A stretch of DNA of 64,000 nucleotides from Eubacteriales bacterium (GTDB lineage Bacteria > Bacillota > Clostridia > Saccharofermentanales > DTU023). The notes beneath the pieces are model-generated. The model saw only the letters and a list, made by a program, of their open reading frames with translations, searched no databases and had not been told where the DNA came from. The stretch spans positions 240,132-304,131 of the forward strand of contig JAUNLW010000001.1 of NCBI GenBank assembly GCA_030532065.1. The letters run 5' to 3'. Shown piece by piece: positions 16,693-26,907 of this stretch. How positions within the stretch are numbered: position 1 is the stretch's first letter; each line of letters starts with the position of its first letter. The position numbers and the translations under genes were made by a program.

Positions 16693-17832
16693 ATGGATTT
16701 TAACTTATCCCCAGAGCATCAGATGGCCAGGGACCTGTTCCGCTCTTTTGCGGAAGCGGAGGTGGCTCCTTATGCTGAGGCTACGGATGAGACTCACGAG
16801 TTCCCGCGAGCCATTGTTGACAAGATGCAGAAGTATGGCTATTTAGGTATTCCATTTCCGCGGGAATTAGGTGGACAGGGTTGTGATAACCTCACCTACG
16901 TCCTTTGCGTAGAGGAACTGTCTAAGGCTTGCGCATCTACCGGCGTGGTAGTATCAGCCCATACCTCGCTTTGCTCAGATGCCATTTATAAATATGGTAC
17001 AGATGAGCAAAAAGAAAAATTTCTGCGTCCTCTGATCAGTGGCCAGAAATTAGGGGCTTTTGCCCTGACCGAACCGGGCGCCGGTACGGATGCGGCCGGT
17101 GTTCAGACCAGAGCAGAGCTGGTGGATGGCCATTATATCCTTAACGGAAACAAAATTTTTATCACTAATGCCAAAGAGGCGGACACTTATGTGGTTCTTG
17201 CCATGACTGATAAATCCCAGGGCACCCGTGGTATTTCCGCTTTTATCGTGGAAAAAGGTACGCCGGGCTTTGACTTCGGTCCAGCTGAGAAGAAAATGGG
17301 TATCCACGGCTCATCCACACGTGAATTGATCTTCATTGATTGCAGCATCCCTCAGGAAAACCTTTTAGGTAAAGAGGGCCAAGGCTTTAAGATCGCTATG
17401 TCTACCTTAGACGGCGGCCGTATCGGTATCGCCGCGCAGGCTCTGGGAATCGCGGAAGGCGCTTTCGATAAGGCAGTAACTTACGTAAAAGAGCGTAAAC
17501 AATTTGGCCGTCCTTTGGCTAAGTTCCAAAATACGCAATTTACCTTGGCTGACATGAAGACCGAGATCGAAGCGGCTCGCTATTTAGTTTATTACGCCGC
17601 CTCACTCAAGGATGCCGGTCAGAGATACAATACCGCTGCTGCCATGGCCAAGCTCAAGGCAGCAGAAACAGCCATGTTTGTAACCAACAAGGCTGTCCAG
17701 CTCTTAGGTGGTTATGGTTATATCCAGGGCTACGAGGTAGAACGCATGATGCGTGACGCGAAGATTACCGAAATTTACGAGGGAACCTCTGAAGTTATGA
17801 AGATGGTTATCTCAGGAGATATTTTACGTTAG
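16693..17832 (+). CDS. bcd: Short-chain (butyryl-CoA-type) acyl-CoA dehydrogenase
   Basis: It is a full-length ACAD fold (GAFALTEPGAGTDA, catalytic region ...ITEIYEGTSEV). It is followed directly by etfB and etfA. Confidence 0.9.
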   Translation: MDFNLSPEHQMARDLFRSFAEAEVAPYAEATDETHEFPRAIVDKMQKYGYLGIPFPRELGGQGCDNLTYVLCVEELSKACASTGVVVSAHTSLCSDAIYKYGTDEQKEKFLRPLISGQKLGAFALTEPGAGTDAAGVQTRAELVDGHYILNGNKIFITNAKEADTYVVLAMTDKSQGTRGISAFIVEKGTPGFDFGPAEKKMGIHGSSTRELIFIDCSIPQENLLGKEGQGFKIAMSTLDGGRIGIAAQALGIAEGAFDKAVTYVKERKQFGRPLAKFQNTQFTLADMKTEIEAARYLVYYAASLKDAGQRYNTAAAMAKLKAAETAMFVTNKAVQLLGGYGYIQGYEVERMMRDAKITEIYEGTSEVMKMVISGDILR

Positions 17833-17842
17833 GAGAAGCGGG

Positions 17843-18625
17843 ATGAAAATTGTAGTTTGTATTAAGCAAGTTCCTGACACCAACGAGGTACGCCTGGACC
17901 CGGTCAAGGGTACGCTGATCCGCGAAGGTGTTCCCAGTATTATGAACCCGGACGATAAGTCGGCTTTGGAAGCCGCTCTCCGTTTAAAAGATGAATACGG
18001 TGCTGAAGTAACCTGTATCTCCATGGGCCCACCTCAGGCCGATGCCGTATTACGTGAAGCTTTTGCCATGGGTGCCGATCGTGGCATTCTGGTAAGTGAC
18101 CGTGCCTTCGGTGGTGCTGATACCTGGGCCACATCTTCAACTCTGGCCGGCGCTATTCGCAAACTGGACTATGATCTGATCATCACTGGCCGCCAGGCTA
18201 TCGATGGTGATACAGCTCAGGTTGGACCTGAGATCTCAGAACATCTTGGTATCCCTTGTGTGTCTTACGCTGAAGAGATCAAATTGGTTGATGATGCCGT
18301 TGAAGTAAAAAGACAATATGAGGACAGCTACCACATCGTACGTGCTAAACTGCCTTGCCTGATTACCGCTTTATCTGAGTTAAACCAACCGCGTTATATG
18401 ACACCCGGTGGTATCTTTGCTGCTTATCGGGAAAAAGAAGTGGATATCTGGGGTCGCGCGGATATAGATGTAGAAGACGAAAATATCGGCTTGGGTGGTT
18501 CTCCGACACGAGTCGCCAAGTCCTTCCCCAAGAGCTTAAAAGAAGCTGGCGTGACCATCCAGAAAGATGTGGATGAGTCTGTTCAGTTTATTGTTGATAA
18601 GCTTAAAGAACAGTATATTTTATAG
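17843..18625 (+). CDS. etfB: Electron transfer flavoprotein beta subunit
   Basis: The N-terminus is MKIVVCIKQVPD and the length is 260 aa. The Bcd-Etf context suggests, by inference only, a ferredoxin-reducing bifurcating complex. Confidence 0.92.
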   Translation: MKIVVCIKQVPDTNEVRLDPVKGTLIREGVPSIMNPDDKSALEAALRLKDEYGAEVTCISMGPPQADAVLREAFAMGADRGILVSDRAFGGADTWATSSTLAGAIRKLDYDLIITGRQAIDGDTAQVGPEISEHLGIPCVSYAEEIKLVDDAVEVKRQYEDSYHIVRAKLPCLITALSELNQPRYMTPGGIFAAYREKEVDIWGRADIDVEDENIGLGGSPTRVAKSFPKSLKEAGVTIQKDVDESVQFIVDKLKEQYIL

Positions 18626-18637
18626 GAGGAAACCGCG

Positions 18638-19657
18638 ATGGATTTAGAAGCATATAAGGGTGTTTTCACTTTTGCCGAACAAGTAGATGGTAACTTGACT
18701 CCGGTTTCTTTGGAGCTTTTAGGTATTGCCAGTGACTTGGCTGAGAGTTTGCGCGAGCAGGTTACAGCGGTACTATTGGGCAAGCAAGTCCAAGACCTGG
18801 CTCCCGGCCTTATCGCTGCCGGTGCTGATAGAGTAATTGTGGTAGATGATCCGGAGCTCGAGATCTACCGTACTGAGCCCTATACTCAGGCTATTTGTGC
18901 CGTGATTGAGGCTTATAAACCGGAAATCTTCCTGGTTGGTGCTACGGCTATCGGCCGTGACCTGGGACCCAGAGTAGCCGGTCGAGTACATACTGGTCTT
19001 ACTGCTGACTGTACAAAACTCGAAATCTGTGAGTTGGAAGATGGCAGTAAACAGTTCCAGATGACCCGCCCCGCCTTTGGTGGCAACCTGATGGCTACGA
19101 TTCTCTGCCCAGACTTCAGACCGCAAATGGCTACGGTTCGCCCTGGCGTAATGGTACGCAAAGTCGCTGATCCTGACAGGAAAGGCGAGATCGTAAACTT
19201 TGACGCTAAGCTGGAGAAGAATAACTGCTATGTTGACGTACTGGAAGTGGTTAAGTCAGCTCATAACAAGGTAGATATTCAGGATGCAAAAGTTCTGGTC
19301 TCCGGTGGACGTGGCGTCGGTGATCCGAAAAACTTCGCGATGTTGCAAGAGTTGGCAGATGTCTTAGGCGGTGAAGTTTCCGCTTCCCGCGCAGTCGTTG
19401 ATGCCGGCTGGCAAGGTAAAGAACGTCAGGTTGGACAAACTGGTAAGACTGTACGACCCAACCTCTATATCGCTGTGGGTATTTCCGGTGCTATCCAGCA
19501 CTTGGCTGGTATGGAAGAATCGGATTACATCATTGCTATCAATAAAGATCCGGACGCGCCTATTTTTAAAGTAGCGGATGTTGGTGTAGTGGGCGACCTC
19601 AACAAGATCGTTCCTGCGCTGACTGAGGCCATCAAGGCCGAACAAGCCAAAAAATAA
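18638..19657 (+). CDS. etfA: Electron transfer flavoprotein alpha subunit
   Basis: The FAD-binding blocks VSGGRGVG and YIAVGISGAIQHLAGM are present. Confidence 0.92.
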   Translation: MDLEAYKGVFTFAEQVDGNLTPVSLELLGIASDLAESLREQVTAVLLGKQVQDLAPGLIAAGADRVIVVDDPELEIYRTEPYTQAICAVIEAYKPEIFLVGATAIGRDLGPRVAGRVHTGLTADCTKLEICELEDGSKQFQMTRPAFGGNLMATILCPDFRPQMATVRPGVMVRKVADPDRKGEIVNFDAKLEKNNCYVDVLEVVKSAHNKVDIQDAKVLVSGGRGVGDPKNFAMLQELADVLGGEVSASRAVVDAGWQGKERQVGQTGKTVRPNLYIAVGISGAIQHLAGMEESDYIIAINKDPDAPIFKVADVGVVGDLNKIVPALTEAIKAEQAKK

Positions 19658-20430
19658 TGCGAATAGCTGTAATTACCGGCGCCTCGGTCGGTTTGGGCGC
19701 GGAATTTGCCAAGCAGATTGCCCAAACCGCGGGCCCGGAACAATTAGATGAGCTATGGCTAGTAGCAAGAGGGGCAGAGCGTCTCAGACAAATGGCAGAC
19801 ACTCTGCCTTTGCCTTGCCGTTGTTTTGCCCTGGATCTGACTGAGGAAGCGAACCTCAAGGAATTAGCCAAGGCCTTTGCTGATGAGCAGGTAGATATCC
19901 GCTATTTGGTCAACAATGCTGGCTATGGCACGCAGGGGCCTTTTGCCGAGGTGGAGGAAGCTAAACTTATGGCCTGCCTGGACCTCAACATCCGAGCCCT
20001 GGTGCAGCTGACACATATGGCTAAACCCTATCTCAGCAGGGAGTCACAGGTTTTTCAGATATCATCGGTATCGGCCTTTATGCCACAGCCCAATTATGCT
20101 GTTTACTCATCCTCAAAAACTTTTGTGCTGCATTTTGCCAAAGCCTTAGAGGCCGAATGGAAGCGGGAAGGTATAAAGGTGGTTGCCGTATGCCCTAATC
20201 TAATGGCTACCGACTTTTGTGAACGCGCCGAAATGCCAGTCCAAACCTTAAAAGTTAAGGCATTAGGCCTGGAACAGCCAGAAAGGGTAGTGCGAGTTGC
20301 ACTGCGAGCCGGCCGGAAGGGAAGGGCGGTCGCGCTTTCTTCTTTCAGCGGAAAGCTATTACGGCTGGCAGGTAAACTGCTGCCTCATAACTTTATACTT
20401 TGGATTGAACGGGTCTTGAGCTTATACTAG
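19657..20430 (+). CDS. Short-chain dehydrogenase/reductase (SDR) family oxidoreductase
   Basis: It has ITGASVGLG (TGxxxGxG) and YSSSK (YxxxK). Its ATG overlaps the etfA stop (TAATG). Confidence 0.82.
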   Translation: MRIAVITGASVGLGAEFAKQIAQTAGPEQLDELWLVARGAERLRQMADTLPLPCRCFALDLTEEANLKELAKAFADEQVDIRYLVNNAGYGTQGPFAEVEEAKLMACLDLNIRALVQLTHMAKPYLSRESQVFQISSVSAFMPQPNYAVYSSSKTFVLHFAKALEAEWKREGIKVVAVCPNLMATDFCERAEMPVQTLKVKALGLEQPERVVRVALRAGRKGRAVALSSFSGKLLRLAGKLLPHNFILWIERVLSLY

Positions 20431-20478
20431 TCCTGCAAACCTATTTTATTAACAATTTTATATACAAGGAGGTAGACC

Positions 20479-22050
20479 ATGCCAAAGACCAAGACTGTGG
20501 CAGATTTATTTGTCGGTTTGGCGACCAGGAGCCTACCCACTAACTGGGATCAGTTAAGTCAAATGACTGTAAAGTCCATTCAGCATGATTCTCGCCGTAT
20601 AGAAGCGGGAGATATTTTCGTGGCCGTAGCCGGATTTGAAGCTGATGGACACCATTATCTGCCCCAAGCTCAAGAACGAGGAGCGCTTCTGGCGGTGGTT
20701 GAAGAGCCGCGGCCTGATCTGGACCTGCCTCAAGTATTAGTGGCCAACAGCCGCTTAGCACAAGCCGAACTGGGCGCCAGTTTTTATGATCATCCCAGCC
20801 AAGAGTTAAGCGTCTGCGGTATCACCGGTTCCAACGGCAAGACTTCCACCAGTCTAATGTACAGGCAAATCATCGAGCAGGCGAAGGGACCTTGTGGACT
20901 TATTGGTACAGTGGCCTACGAATCGGGTACGAGCACTGTAGCTTCCAATCTAACGACCCCAGACAGCCTGGACTTGCAACGCTATCTGCGTGAGATGAGT
21001 GACAACGGCTATCGCTATGTTGTCATGGAAGTATCTTCCATCGGTCTGGATCAAGACCGACCTCACGGGACGGCTTACGATGTTGCGGCTTTTATCAACA
21101 TAGGACGCGAGCACCTGGATTACCATGGTGACTTGGAACACTATCTCGCGGCCAAGAAAAAACTCCTGAAGTTACTTAAACCGGAAGCTGTCGTAGTGCT
21201 TAACTTAGATGATAAATTGTTAGCACCTATGGCAGAGGAGTTGAAGCATCCCGTCTTGACCTTTGGTACTAATTCCAATGCAACCCTGCGAGCGGAGAAT
21301 GTGGATCTCAGTACCGGCTTCGCGCGCTTTGATCTGGTATTTGATCCGCAACAGCTGTCAGCAGAAGGCAGAATTAAATTGGCTGTTAAGACAAGTAAAT
21401 CCTGGCAGGTACAGCTGAAAGTGCCTGGTTTCCATTCGGTGTATAACGCCTTGGCCGCCGCGGCTTGTGCCCTGGTTACAGGCGCCAACCTGGAAGAATG
21501 TGTGTTAGGACTTGAAGCCTATGGCGGAGTTGAGCGCCGCTTCCAGCTGGTCTACGACGGAGATTTCCGTATTTTTGATGACCACTTTGCTAATAGTAAG
21601 AATATTGCCATGACTCTCACTACTTTGAGCAAAATGGATTATCGCCAGTTGGTTATATGTTATGCTGTGCGTGGAAAACGTGGTGTTACTGTAAATCGTG
21701 AGAATATAGAAGCGCTCAATAATTTTATACCACAGTTGAAAATCAAAGAATTTATCGCCACCAGTTCACAGGACGTAGTAGGTCATTACGACGAAGTGCA
21801 GCCAGAAGAACTGCTGGTATATAGGGAAGAAATGGCCCAAAATACTTTAGAGGATCGCTTCACCGACACCTTAGACGAGGCGATGGAGTTAAGTCTGGAA
21901 GCGATGGAACCGGGCGATGTCCTCTTGCTGGCTGGTTGCCAGGGTATGGATGCCGGAGCCAGGATCGCTCTCAACAAGTTGGCTGATCGCTATCCCCAGG
22001 AACGTGAGAAAATCTTATTGCCCCTGAAGGATAGAGTGTGCGGGTGGTAG
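20479..22050 (+). CDS. Mur ligase family protein, MurE-like, with a diverged C-terminal domain
   Basis: The N-domain is MurE-like (IQHDSRRIEAGDIFVAVAGFEADGHHY). The P-loop is GITGSNGKTST and the central domain is intact (MEVSSIGLDQ..., REHLDYHG, AAKKKL). The C-domain lacks the usual DYAHTP / DNPR / GKGHE blocks, which read DDHFANS / SSQD / GCQGMD instead. Confidence 0.75.
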   Translation: MPKTKTVADLFVGLATRSLPTNWDQLSQMTVKSIQHDSRRIEAGDIFVAVAGFEADGHHYLPQAQERGALLAVVEEPRPDLDLPQVLVANSRLAQAELGASFYDHPSQELSVCGITGSNGKTSTSLMYRQIIEQAKGPCGLIGTVAYESGTSTVASNLTTPDSLDLQRYLREMSDNGYRYVVMEVSSIGLDQDRPHGTAYDVAAFINIGREHLDYHGDLEHYLAAKKKLLKLLKPEAVVVLNLDDKLLAPMAEELKHPVLTFGTNSNATLRAENVDLSTGFARFDLVFDPQQLSAEGRIKLAVKTSKSWQVQLKVPGFHSVYNALAAAACALVTGANLEECVLGLEAYGGVERRFQLVYDGDFRIFDDHFANSKNIAMTLTTLSKMDYRQLVICYAVRGKRGVTVNRENIEALNNFIPQLKIKEFIATSSQDVVGHYDEVQPEELLVYREEMAQNTLEDRFTDTLDEAMELSLEAMEPGDVLLLAGCQGMDAGARIALNKLADRYPQEREKILLPLKDRVCGW

Positions 22051-22098
22051 AGCTCAAGCCTTGGCTCGGGCTTGGAAAGCCCAAGTCAAGCGCCCGTG

Positions 22099-22127
22099 TT
22101 GACAAGGCTCTTAAATACTAGTATTCT
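22099..22127 (+). promoter_or_regulatory. Candidate promoter of rpmE
   Basis: TTGACA (22099-104), a 17-nt spacer, then TATTCT (22122-27). It leaves a ~85-nt leader before the ATG. Confidence 0.45.
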
Positions 22128-22215
22128 TTACTTTGCTTTAGAGCAATACTCCTCCCGCTGACACGTGTTATGAGACCAAAGGTACGCACGGTAGTGGGAT
22201 CAATGAGGTGAGAAA

Positions 22216-22443
22216 ATGAAAAAAGATATCCATCCCAAGTATGGTAAATGCGTAGTTACCTGTGCTTGTGGCAATACCTTTGAAACTGGCTCCACTGTAG
22301 ATAAGCTAAACGTAGATGTCTGCTCTGAGTGCCATCCTTTCTATACTGGACGTCAGAAGTTAGTTGATACCGGTGGACGTGTAGATAAGTTCAGAAAACG
22401 TCAGCAAGCGGCTCAGAACAAGGATTCTCAGACCGAAGCTTAG
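22216..22443 (+). CDS. rpmE: 50S ribosomal protein L31 (Zn-ribbon, type A)
   Basis: It begins MKKDIHPKY and has the CxC...CxxC cysteines. Confidence 0.96.
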   Translation: MKKDIHPKYGKCVVTCACGNTFETGSTVDKLNVDVCSECHPFYTGRQKLVDTGGRVDKFRKRQQAAQNKDSQTEA

Positions 22444-22464
22444 CAAACCTATTTTGGTAAACAA

Positions 22465-22514
22465 GGAACAGGTGTTATTTCCCGTGAGGGAAAGTGACCT
22501 GTTCCTTTTGTTTT
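22465..22514 (+). terminator. Intrinsic terminator of rpmE
   Basis: A perfect 9-bp outer stem GGAACAGGT / ACCTGTTCC, an inner TTTCCC / GGGAAA stem, then TTTTGTTTT. Confidence 0.85.
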
Positions 22515-22536
22515 GCTCAGAAAGGGGAGCTAAACA

Positions 22537-23427
22537 ATGACGGTTCGGGACTGGATCCGCAAAACAACTGACAGTTTGACTTCAGGTTTAGAGCTAGAGC
22601 GGGAAGAAGCCAGACAGGAAGCGCGTATTATTTTGGAGGAAGTATGCGGCTGGTCCTGGGCAGACCAACTGCGTTTGGCAAACTGCGAGTTGGACGCGTA
22701 TGCCTTAATGGAATTAGACAAAATTCTTGACCGACGCTTAAAACACGAGCCCTTCACCGCAATCTTTGATTCCGCCTATTTCTATGGACGTAAGTTTCGC
22801 CTACAGGCAGCCACCCTGGCGCCTCGCCCAGAAACTGAGCTCTTAGTGGAATGGGCTTTAGAAATCCTAGATCAAGCAAACAGGTCTCTGATATCACCTC
22901 TCAGGTTGGCAGAACTCTGCGCTGGCTCGGGAGCGCCAGGTTTAAGTCTTTTAGCTGAACTTAAGCAGCAGGCTAAACCGGCAAAGCTGCTACTGCTGGA
23001 CCTGTCAGCTCAAGCCTTAGACGCGGCTAAAGCTAACGCGGAAGAGCTTGGCCTGGCAGAGGATTGCCGCTTTGAAGAAGCCGATCTCTTCCCCCGGCAG
23101 GCTGAGGAATTTGATATAATTTTGGTTAATCCACCCTATATACCGACAGCTGATCTGGATCAGCTCATGCCGGAAGTAAAAGATTACGATCCGCGCCTGG
23201 CCTTAGACGGAGGAACGGACGGCTTGGACTTCTACCGACGTTTAGCGGCCGGGATCAGACCTTATCTGGCTACCGGAGCCGCGTTGCTCATGGAGCATGG
23301 CGCCGGACAAAGGCAGGCAATATGCGAAATTTTTAAGACCGCCAGCGAGGAGTCTAACCCTTATATAAGTTATCGTGACGACTATGCCGGCTGGGACAGA
23401 CTGATAGCAGTCAGTTATCCTGTTTAA
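22537..23427 (+). CDS. prmC: Release-factor glutamine N5-methyltransferase
   Basis: It has the NPPY motif (VNPPYIP) and a SAM-binding region, and it lies adjacent to prfA. Confidence 0.9.
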   Translation: MTVRDWIRKTTDSLTSGLELEREEARQEARIILEEVCGWSWADQLRLANCELDAYALMELDKILDRRLKHEPFTAIFDSAYFYGRKFRLQAATLAPRPETELLVEWALEILDQANRSLISPLRLAELCAGSGAPGLSLLAELKQQAKPAKLLLLDLSAQALDAAKANAEELGLAEDCRFEEADLFPRQAEEFDIILVNPPYIPTADLDQLMPEVKDYDPRLALDGGTDGLDFYRRLAAGIRPYLATGAALLMEHGAGQRQAICEIFKTASEESNPYISYRDDYAGWDRLIAVSYPV

Positions 23428-23440
23428 TAGAGGAAATACT

Positions 23441-24520
23441 ATGGAAAGAATACAGACAGACGAATTATATGCCAGGCTGGAAGCAACTTATAATAGCCTG
23501 AGCGAGAAAATGAGTGAGCCAGAGATCGCTGCTAATCCAACCGAATATCTTAAGTTGGCTAAAGAATTCAGTGATATTGAGCCCATGTTAAAACTCTTAC
23601 GCAAAGAACGTGCCTTGGATAAGGAATTGGCTGATAACCAGGAGATTTTCCAGGAAACAGACGATGCTGAGCTACGGGAGTTGGCGCGTGAAGAGATCTC
23701 ACGTATAGAAGAAGAGCAAGAGAAACTGCAGACTGAGATTCAGATTGCTCTGATCCCCAAGGACCCGCTGGATGAAAAGAACGTAATTATTGAGATACGA
23801 GCCGGTACAGGTGGTGATGAAGCGGCGCTCTTTGCCGCTGAGCTTTACCAGATGTACCAGTACTATGCGGAGCAGAAAGGCTGGAAGACAGAGCTTTTGG
23901 AAGCCAGCGAAACCGATATCGGTGGCTTCAAGGAAGTTATCTTCTCAGTTAACGGTCAAAACGCCTACAGCAATCTTAAATTCGAATCGGGTACCCACCG
24001 GGTCCAACGCGTTCCGCAAACCGAGTCGGGTGGACGTATCCATACTTCTGCTGTAACTGTAGCCGTACTGCCGGAGGCCGATGACGTGGAAGTTCACATT
24101 GATCCAGCAGATCTGGAAGTTGATACCTATCGCGCTTCCGGTGCCGGCGGCCAGCACGTAAATAAAACTTCTTCGGCGATCCGTATCACCCACTTGCCTA
24201 CGGGCATCGTGGTAACCTGCCAGGACCAAAGATCACAGCACAAGAATAGAGACCGCGCCATGATGATCCTCCGTTCTCGCCTTTTGGAAATTCAGCAGGA
24301 TTCGCAAAACGAAGCAATTGCCGAAGAACGTAAGAGCCAGGTAGGCTCAGGTGATCGTTCCGAGCGCATTAGAACTTATAACTTCCCGCAAGGCCGGGTA
24401 ACCGACCACCGGGTAGGACTCAGCCTCTACAATATCGACGAAGTGATGGCCGGCGGTATCGAGCCCTTCATTACTGCTTTACAGGCTGATGCCCAGGAGA
24501 AAGCCCTGGAGAAACTCTAA
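23441..24520 (+). CDS. prfA: Peptide chain release factor 1
   Basis: It has the GGQ motif ([11 protein letters not shown]) and the [17 protein letters not shown] block. Confidence 0.96.
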   Translation: MERIQTDELYARLEATYNSLSEKMSEPEIAANPTEYLKLAKEFSDIEPMLKLLRKERALDKELADNQEIFQETDDAELRELAREEISRIEEEQEKLQTEIQIALIPKDPLDEKNVIIEIRAGTGGDEAALFAAELYQMYQYYAEQKGWKTELLEASETDIGGFKEVIFSVNGQNAYSNLKFESGTHRVQRVPQTESGGRIHTSAVTVAVLPEADDVEVHIDPADLEVDTYRASGAGGQHVNKTSSAIRITHLPTGIVVTCQDQRSQHKNRDRAMMILRSRLLEIQQDSQNEAIAEERKSQVGSGDRSERIRTYNFPQGRVTDHRVGLSLYNIDEVMAGGIEPFITALQADAQEKALEKL

Positions 24521-24521
24521 T

Positions 24522-25691
24522 TTGTCAGAGGCTATCTATAAAACGCGAGTAATCAACACCCGTGACCTGCCGGAAACTGCACTCGCACTAGTGCAGATGC
24601 TGGCGGGTCCGGCCCAGGCTATTCAGAGGGGAGAGCTGGTTGCCTTTCCCACAGAAACGGTATATGGCCTTGGAGCTTCGGCCTTTATGCCAGAGGCTAT
24701 CTCCAAGATATATGAAGTAAAAGGCAGACCGCAGGACAATCCTCTAATCGTTCATTTAGCCGATCTGAAAGATTTGGAACAGGTGGCTCAAGATATTCCT
24801 GATATCGCCTATGAGCTGTTTAAAGCTTTTAGCCCTGGTCCCTTAACTTTGATTTTGCCCAAGAGTGACTGTATCCCTTACGAAGCTACGGCCGGCTTGG
24901 ATACAGTCGGCATTCGTTTCCCCAAAACAGCGACCAGTCGAGCGCTGATTCGCGCGGCCGGGCCTCTGGTTGCTCCTTCCGCCAATCTTTCCGGTCGCCC
25001 CAGCCCTACGCGGGCAGAGCACGTCTTGAGCGACTTGGACGGCAAAATACCTTATATACTGGATGGTGGCAACTGCCAGATAGGACTAGAATCTACCATC
25101 TTAGACCTGACTCAGGATCCGCCGCAGATCTTACGCCCCGGTGGTCTTACTCAGGAAACTTTGGAAGCCTTTCTGGCAGAAAAACTAACGCGTTTTCAGG
25201 CTAAGCCCGGCGTAACCGGCCCTGCCAAAGCTCCAGGTATGAAATATCGGCATTACGCTCCTAAGGCCCTGGTTACTGTTTACCAGCAGGAAAATCAAAA
25301 GCAGGCTTTTGCTGATTGGATAGAGGCCAGTTCCGACAAGCGAATCGGCCTTTTCCTTTCAGACAGAGAAGCAGAAGAATTTTCTGGCTATTTGACCTCT
25401 CGCTTAGGCGAGGAAGCTGCCAGCCATAAGCTAGCTCATTTATCTTTTATCCCGACAGAAGGAGAAGTAAATCCAGCTTTTCAAAAGCCCATCCTGTTAT
25501 ACAGCTATCAGGGTGTGACGGAGGCAGCGCACGACCTTTTTGCCGCTTTTCGCTTTTATGATGAGCAGGGCGTAAGCCAAATTTTTGTACAAGGCGAAGA
25601 AGTCAGCGGCGCAGGACAGGCCTACATGAACAGACTAAGTAAAGCCGCAGGCGGGGAAGCGAAGCCTCTGGAAGTCTATAAGCACCACTAA
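24522..25691 (+). CDS. tsaC: L-threonylcarbamoyladenylate synthase (Sua5/YwlC long form)
   Basis: It has PTETVYGLGA, SANLSGRPSPT and a C-terminal Sua5 domain. The start is ambiguous. TTG 24522 directly follows the prfA stop, while the ORF-track ATG at 24489 would overlap prfA by 32 nt. Confidence 0.85.
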   Translation: MSEAIYKTRVINTRDLPETALALVQMLAGPAQAIQRGELVAFPTETVYGLGASAFMPEAISKIYEVKGRPQDNPLIVHLADLKDLEQVAQDIPDIAYELFKAFSPGPLTLILPKSDCIPYEATAGLDTVGIRFPKTATSRALIRAAGPLVAPSANLSGRPSPTRAEHVLSDLDGKIPYILDGGNCQIGLESTILDLTQDPPQILRPGGLTQETLEAFLAEKLTRFQAKPGVTGPAKAPGMKYRHYAPKALVTVYQQENQKQAFADWIEASSDKRIGLFLSDREAEEFSGYLTSRLGEEAASHKLAHLSFIPTEGEVNPAFQKPILLYSYQGVTEAAHDLFAAFRFYDEQGVSQIFVQGEEVSGAGQAYMNRLSKAAGGEAKPLEVYKHH

Positions 25692-25695
25692 CCTC

Positions 25696-25724
25696 TTGCC
25701 AAGGGCAGGCCCTTGTGATAGACT
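25696..25724 (+). promoter_or_regulatory. Candidate promoter of rpsF-ssb-rpsR
   Basis: TTGCCA (25696-701), a 17-nt spacer ending in TGa, then TAGACT (25719-24). Confidence 0.5.
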
Positions 25725-25807
25725 TTCTAGCGCAATTTCATATTTGCAACCCCTTGCGCTCAGCAATCTGAGTCTGAGTGCCATTAGTCCGAAAGGAGGT
25801 GACAGTA

Positions 25808-26095
25808 GTGAATAGATCCTACGAACTTTTGTATGTTCTTAAGCCTGATCTGGGCGAAGAAGGCCTGGCAGCCATGGATGAGCGTATCCAGGGCATTATT
25901 AACGCCAACGGTGAAGTTTCCGAAGTTGATGTTTGGGGAACTCGTAAATTAGCTTATGAGATCCAAGATTACAAGGAAGGTTATTACGTGGTGGTTGAAT
26001 TTGCCAGCGAGCCAAGCTTCCCGCAAGAACTGGAACGTCAACTGCGTATCAACGATAGCGTTCTGCGTTATCTCATCAGCTCTTTAGAAGAGTAA
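25808..26095 (+). CDS. rpsF: 30S ribosomal protein S6
   Basis: GTG 25808 is preceded by AAAGGAGGTG. The product VNRSYELLYVLKP matches the usual S6 N-terminus; the ORF-track start at 25778 is upstream of the SD. Confidence 0.92.
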   Translation: MNRSYELLYVLKPDLGEEGLAAMDERIQGIINANGEVSEVDVWGTRKLAYEIQDYKEGYYVVVEFASEPSFPQELERQLRINDSVLRYLISSLEE

Positions 26096-26147
26096 GAAGC
26101 AGACAAATCCCATAGTCGGGATAGTGCAAAAAACGGAAAGGCTAAAG

Positions 26148-26597
26148 ATGAACAAAGCAATTTTGATGGGACGCCTTACAAAGGATCCCGAATTAAGAAC
26201 AACTTCCAATAACGTTTCTGTCTGTTCCTTTACAGTAGCCGTTGATCGGCGCTTTAAGAACGCTCAAGGTGAGCGAGAAACAGATTTCATCCCCGTAGTT
26301 TGCTGGCGCAACACGGCAGAATTTGTTGCCCGCTGGTTTTCCAAAGGCCAAAGGATTGCCTTAGTTGGTTCCATCCAAGTACGCCATTGGGACGATGAGT
26401 CTGGTAAGCGCAATTTTATGACCGAAGTGGTCGCGGATGAGGTTTACTTTGCTGACTCCAAGTCCAGCGGTAACCAAAATAACTATGACGATAACGGCGG
26501 CTATAACAAGCAGGCAAACTCCAATCCCATCCCTGAGGGAGACGGATTCCTGCCCACGACAGATAACGACGAATCCTTTTTGCCTTTTGATCTTTAA
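26148..26597 (+). CDS. ssb: Single-stranded DNA-binding protein
   Basis: The OB fold begins MNKAILMGRLTKDPELR. It has a Gly/Asn-rich linker and an acidic tip ending ...FLPFDL. Confidence 0.93.
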   Translation: MNKAILMGRLTKDPELRTTSNNVSVCSFTVAVDRRFKNAQGERETDFIPVVCWRNTAEFVARWFSKGQRIALVGSIQVRHWDDESGKRNFMTEVVADEVYFADSKSSGNQNNYDDNGGYNKQANSNPIPEGDGFLPTTDNDESFLPFDL

Positions 26598-26639
26598 GCA
26601 ACGTTTTTTGATTTGAATTATTTTTGAAAGGAGGCCTCA

Positions 26640-26897
26640 ATGGCCAATCAAAGAAAAGGTGGCGGTGGACACAGAAATTTCCGCCCCCGCCGCGGCAGAA
26701 GGAAAGTATGCCTTTTCTGTGCCGAAAAGCGTGATCACGTTGATTATAAGGACGTAGATACTTTACAAAAATTTGTCTCGGAGAATGGCAAGATCCTGCC
26801 CAGACGTACTACCGGCGCTTGCGCTAAGCACCAGAGAGCAGTAACTACCGCCATCAAGAGCGCACGTAAAGTTGCTCTGATGCCTTACTCAGAATAG
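26640..26897 (+). CDS. rpsR: 30S ribosomal protein S18
   Basis: It has CLFCAEK...VDYKD and ILPRRTTG...KHQR. Confidence 0.96.
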   Translation: MANQRKGGGGHRNFRPRRGRRKVCLFCAEKRDHVDYKDVDTLQKFVSENGKILPRRTTGACAKHQRAVTTAIKSARKVALMPYSE

Positions 26898-26907
26898 GAG
26901 CAAACAG

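Noticed and set aside
22051-22098. A cluster of overlapping short hairpins (CAAGCC/GGCTTG, GGGCTT/AAGCCC) lies after the Mur ligase gene.
   Set aside because: The stems are short and mutually exclusive, and there is no U-run. The cluster may weakly terminate the upstream operon, but the evidence is insufficient to call a feature.
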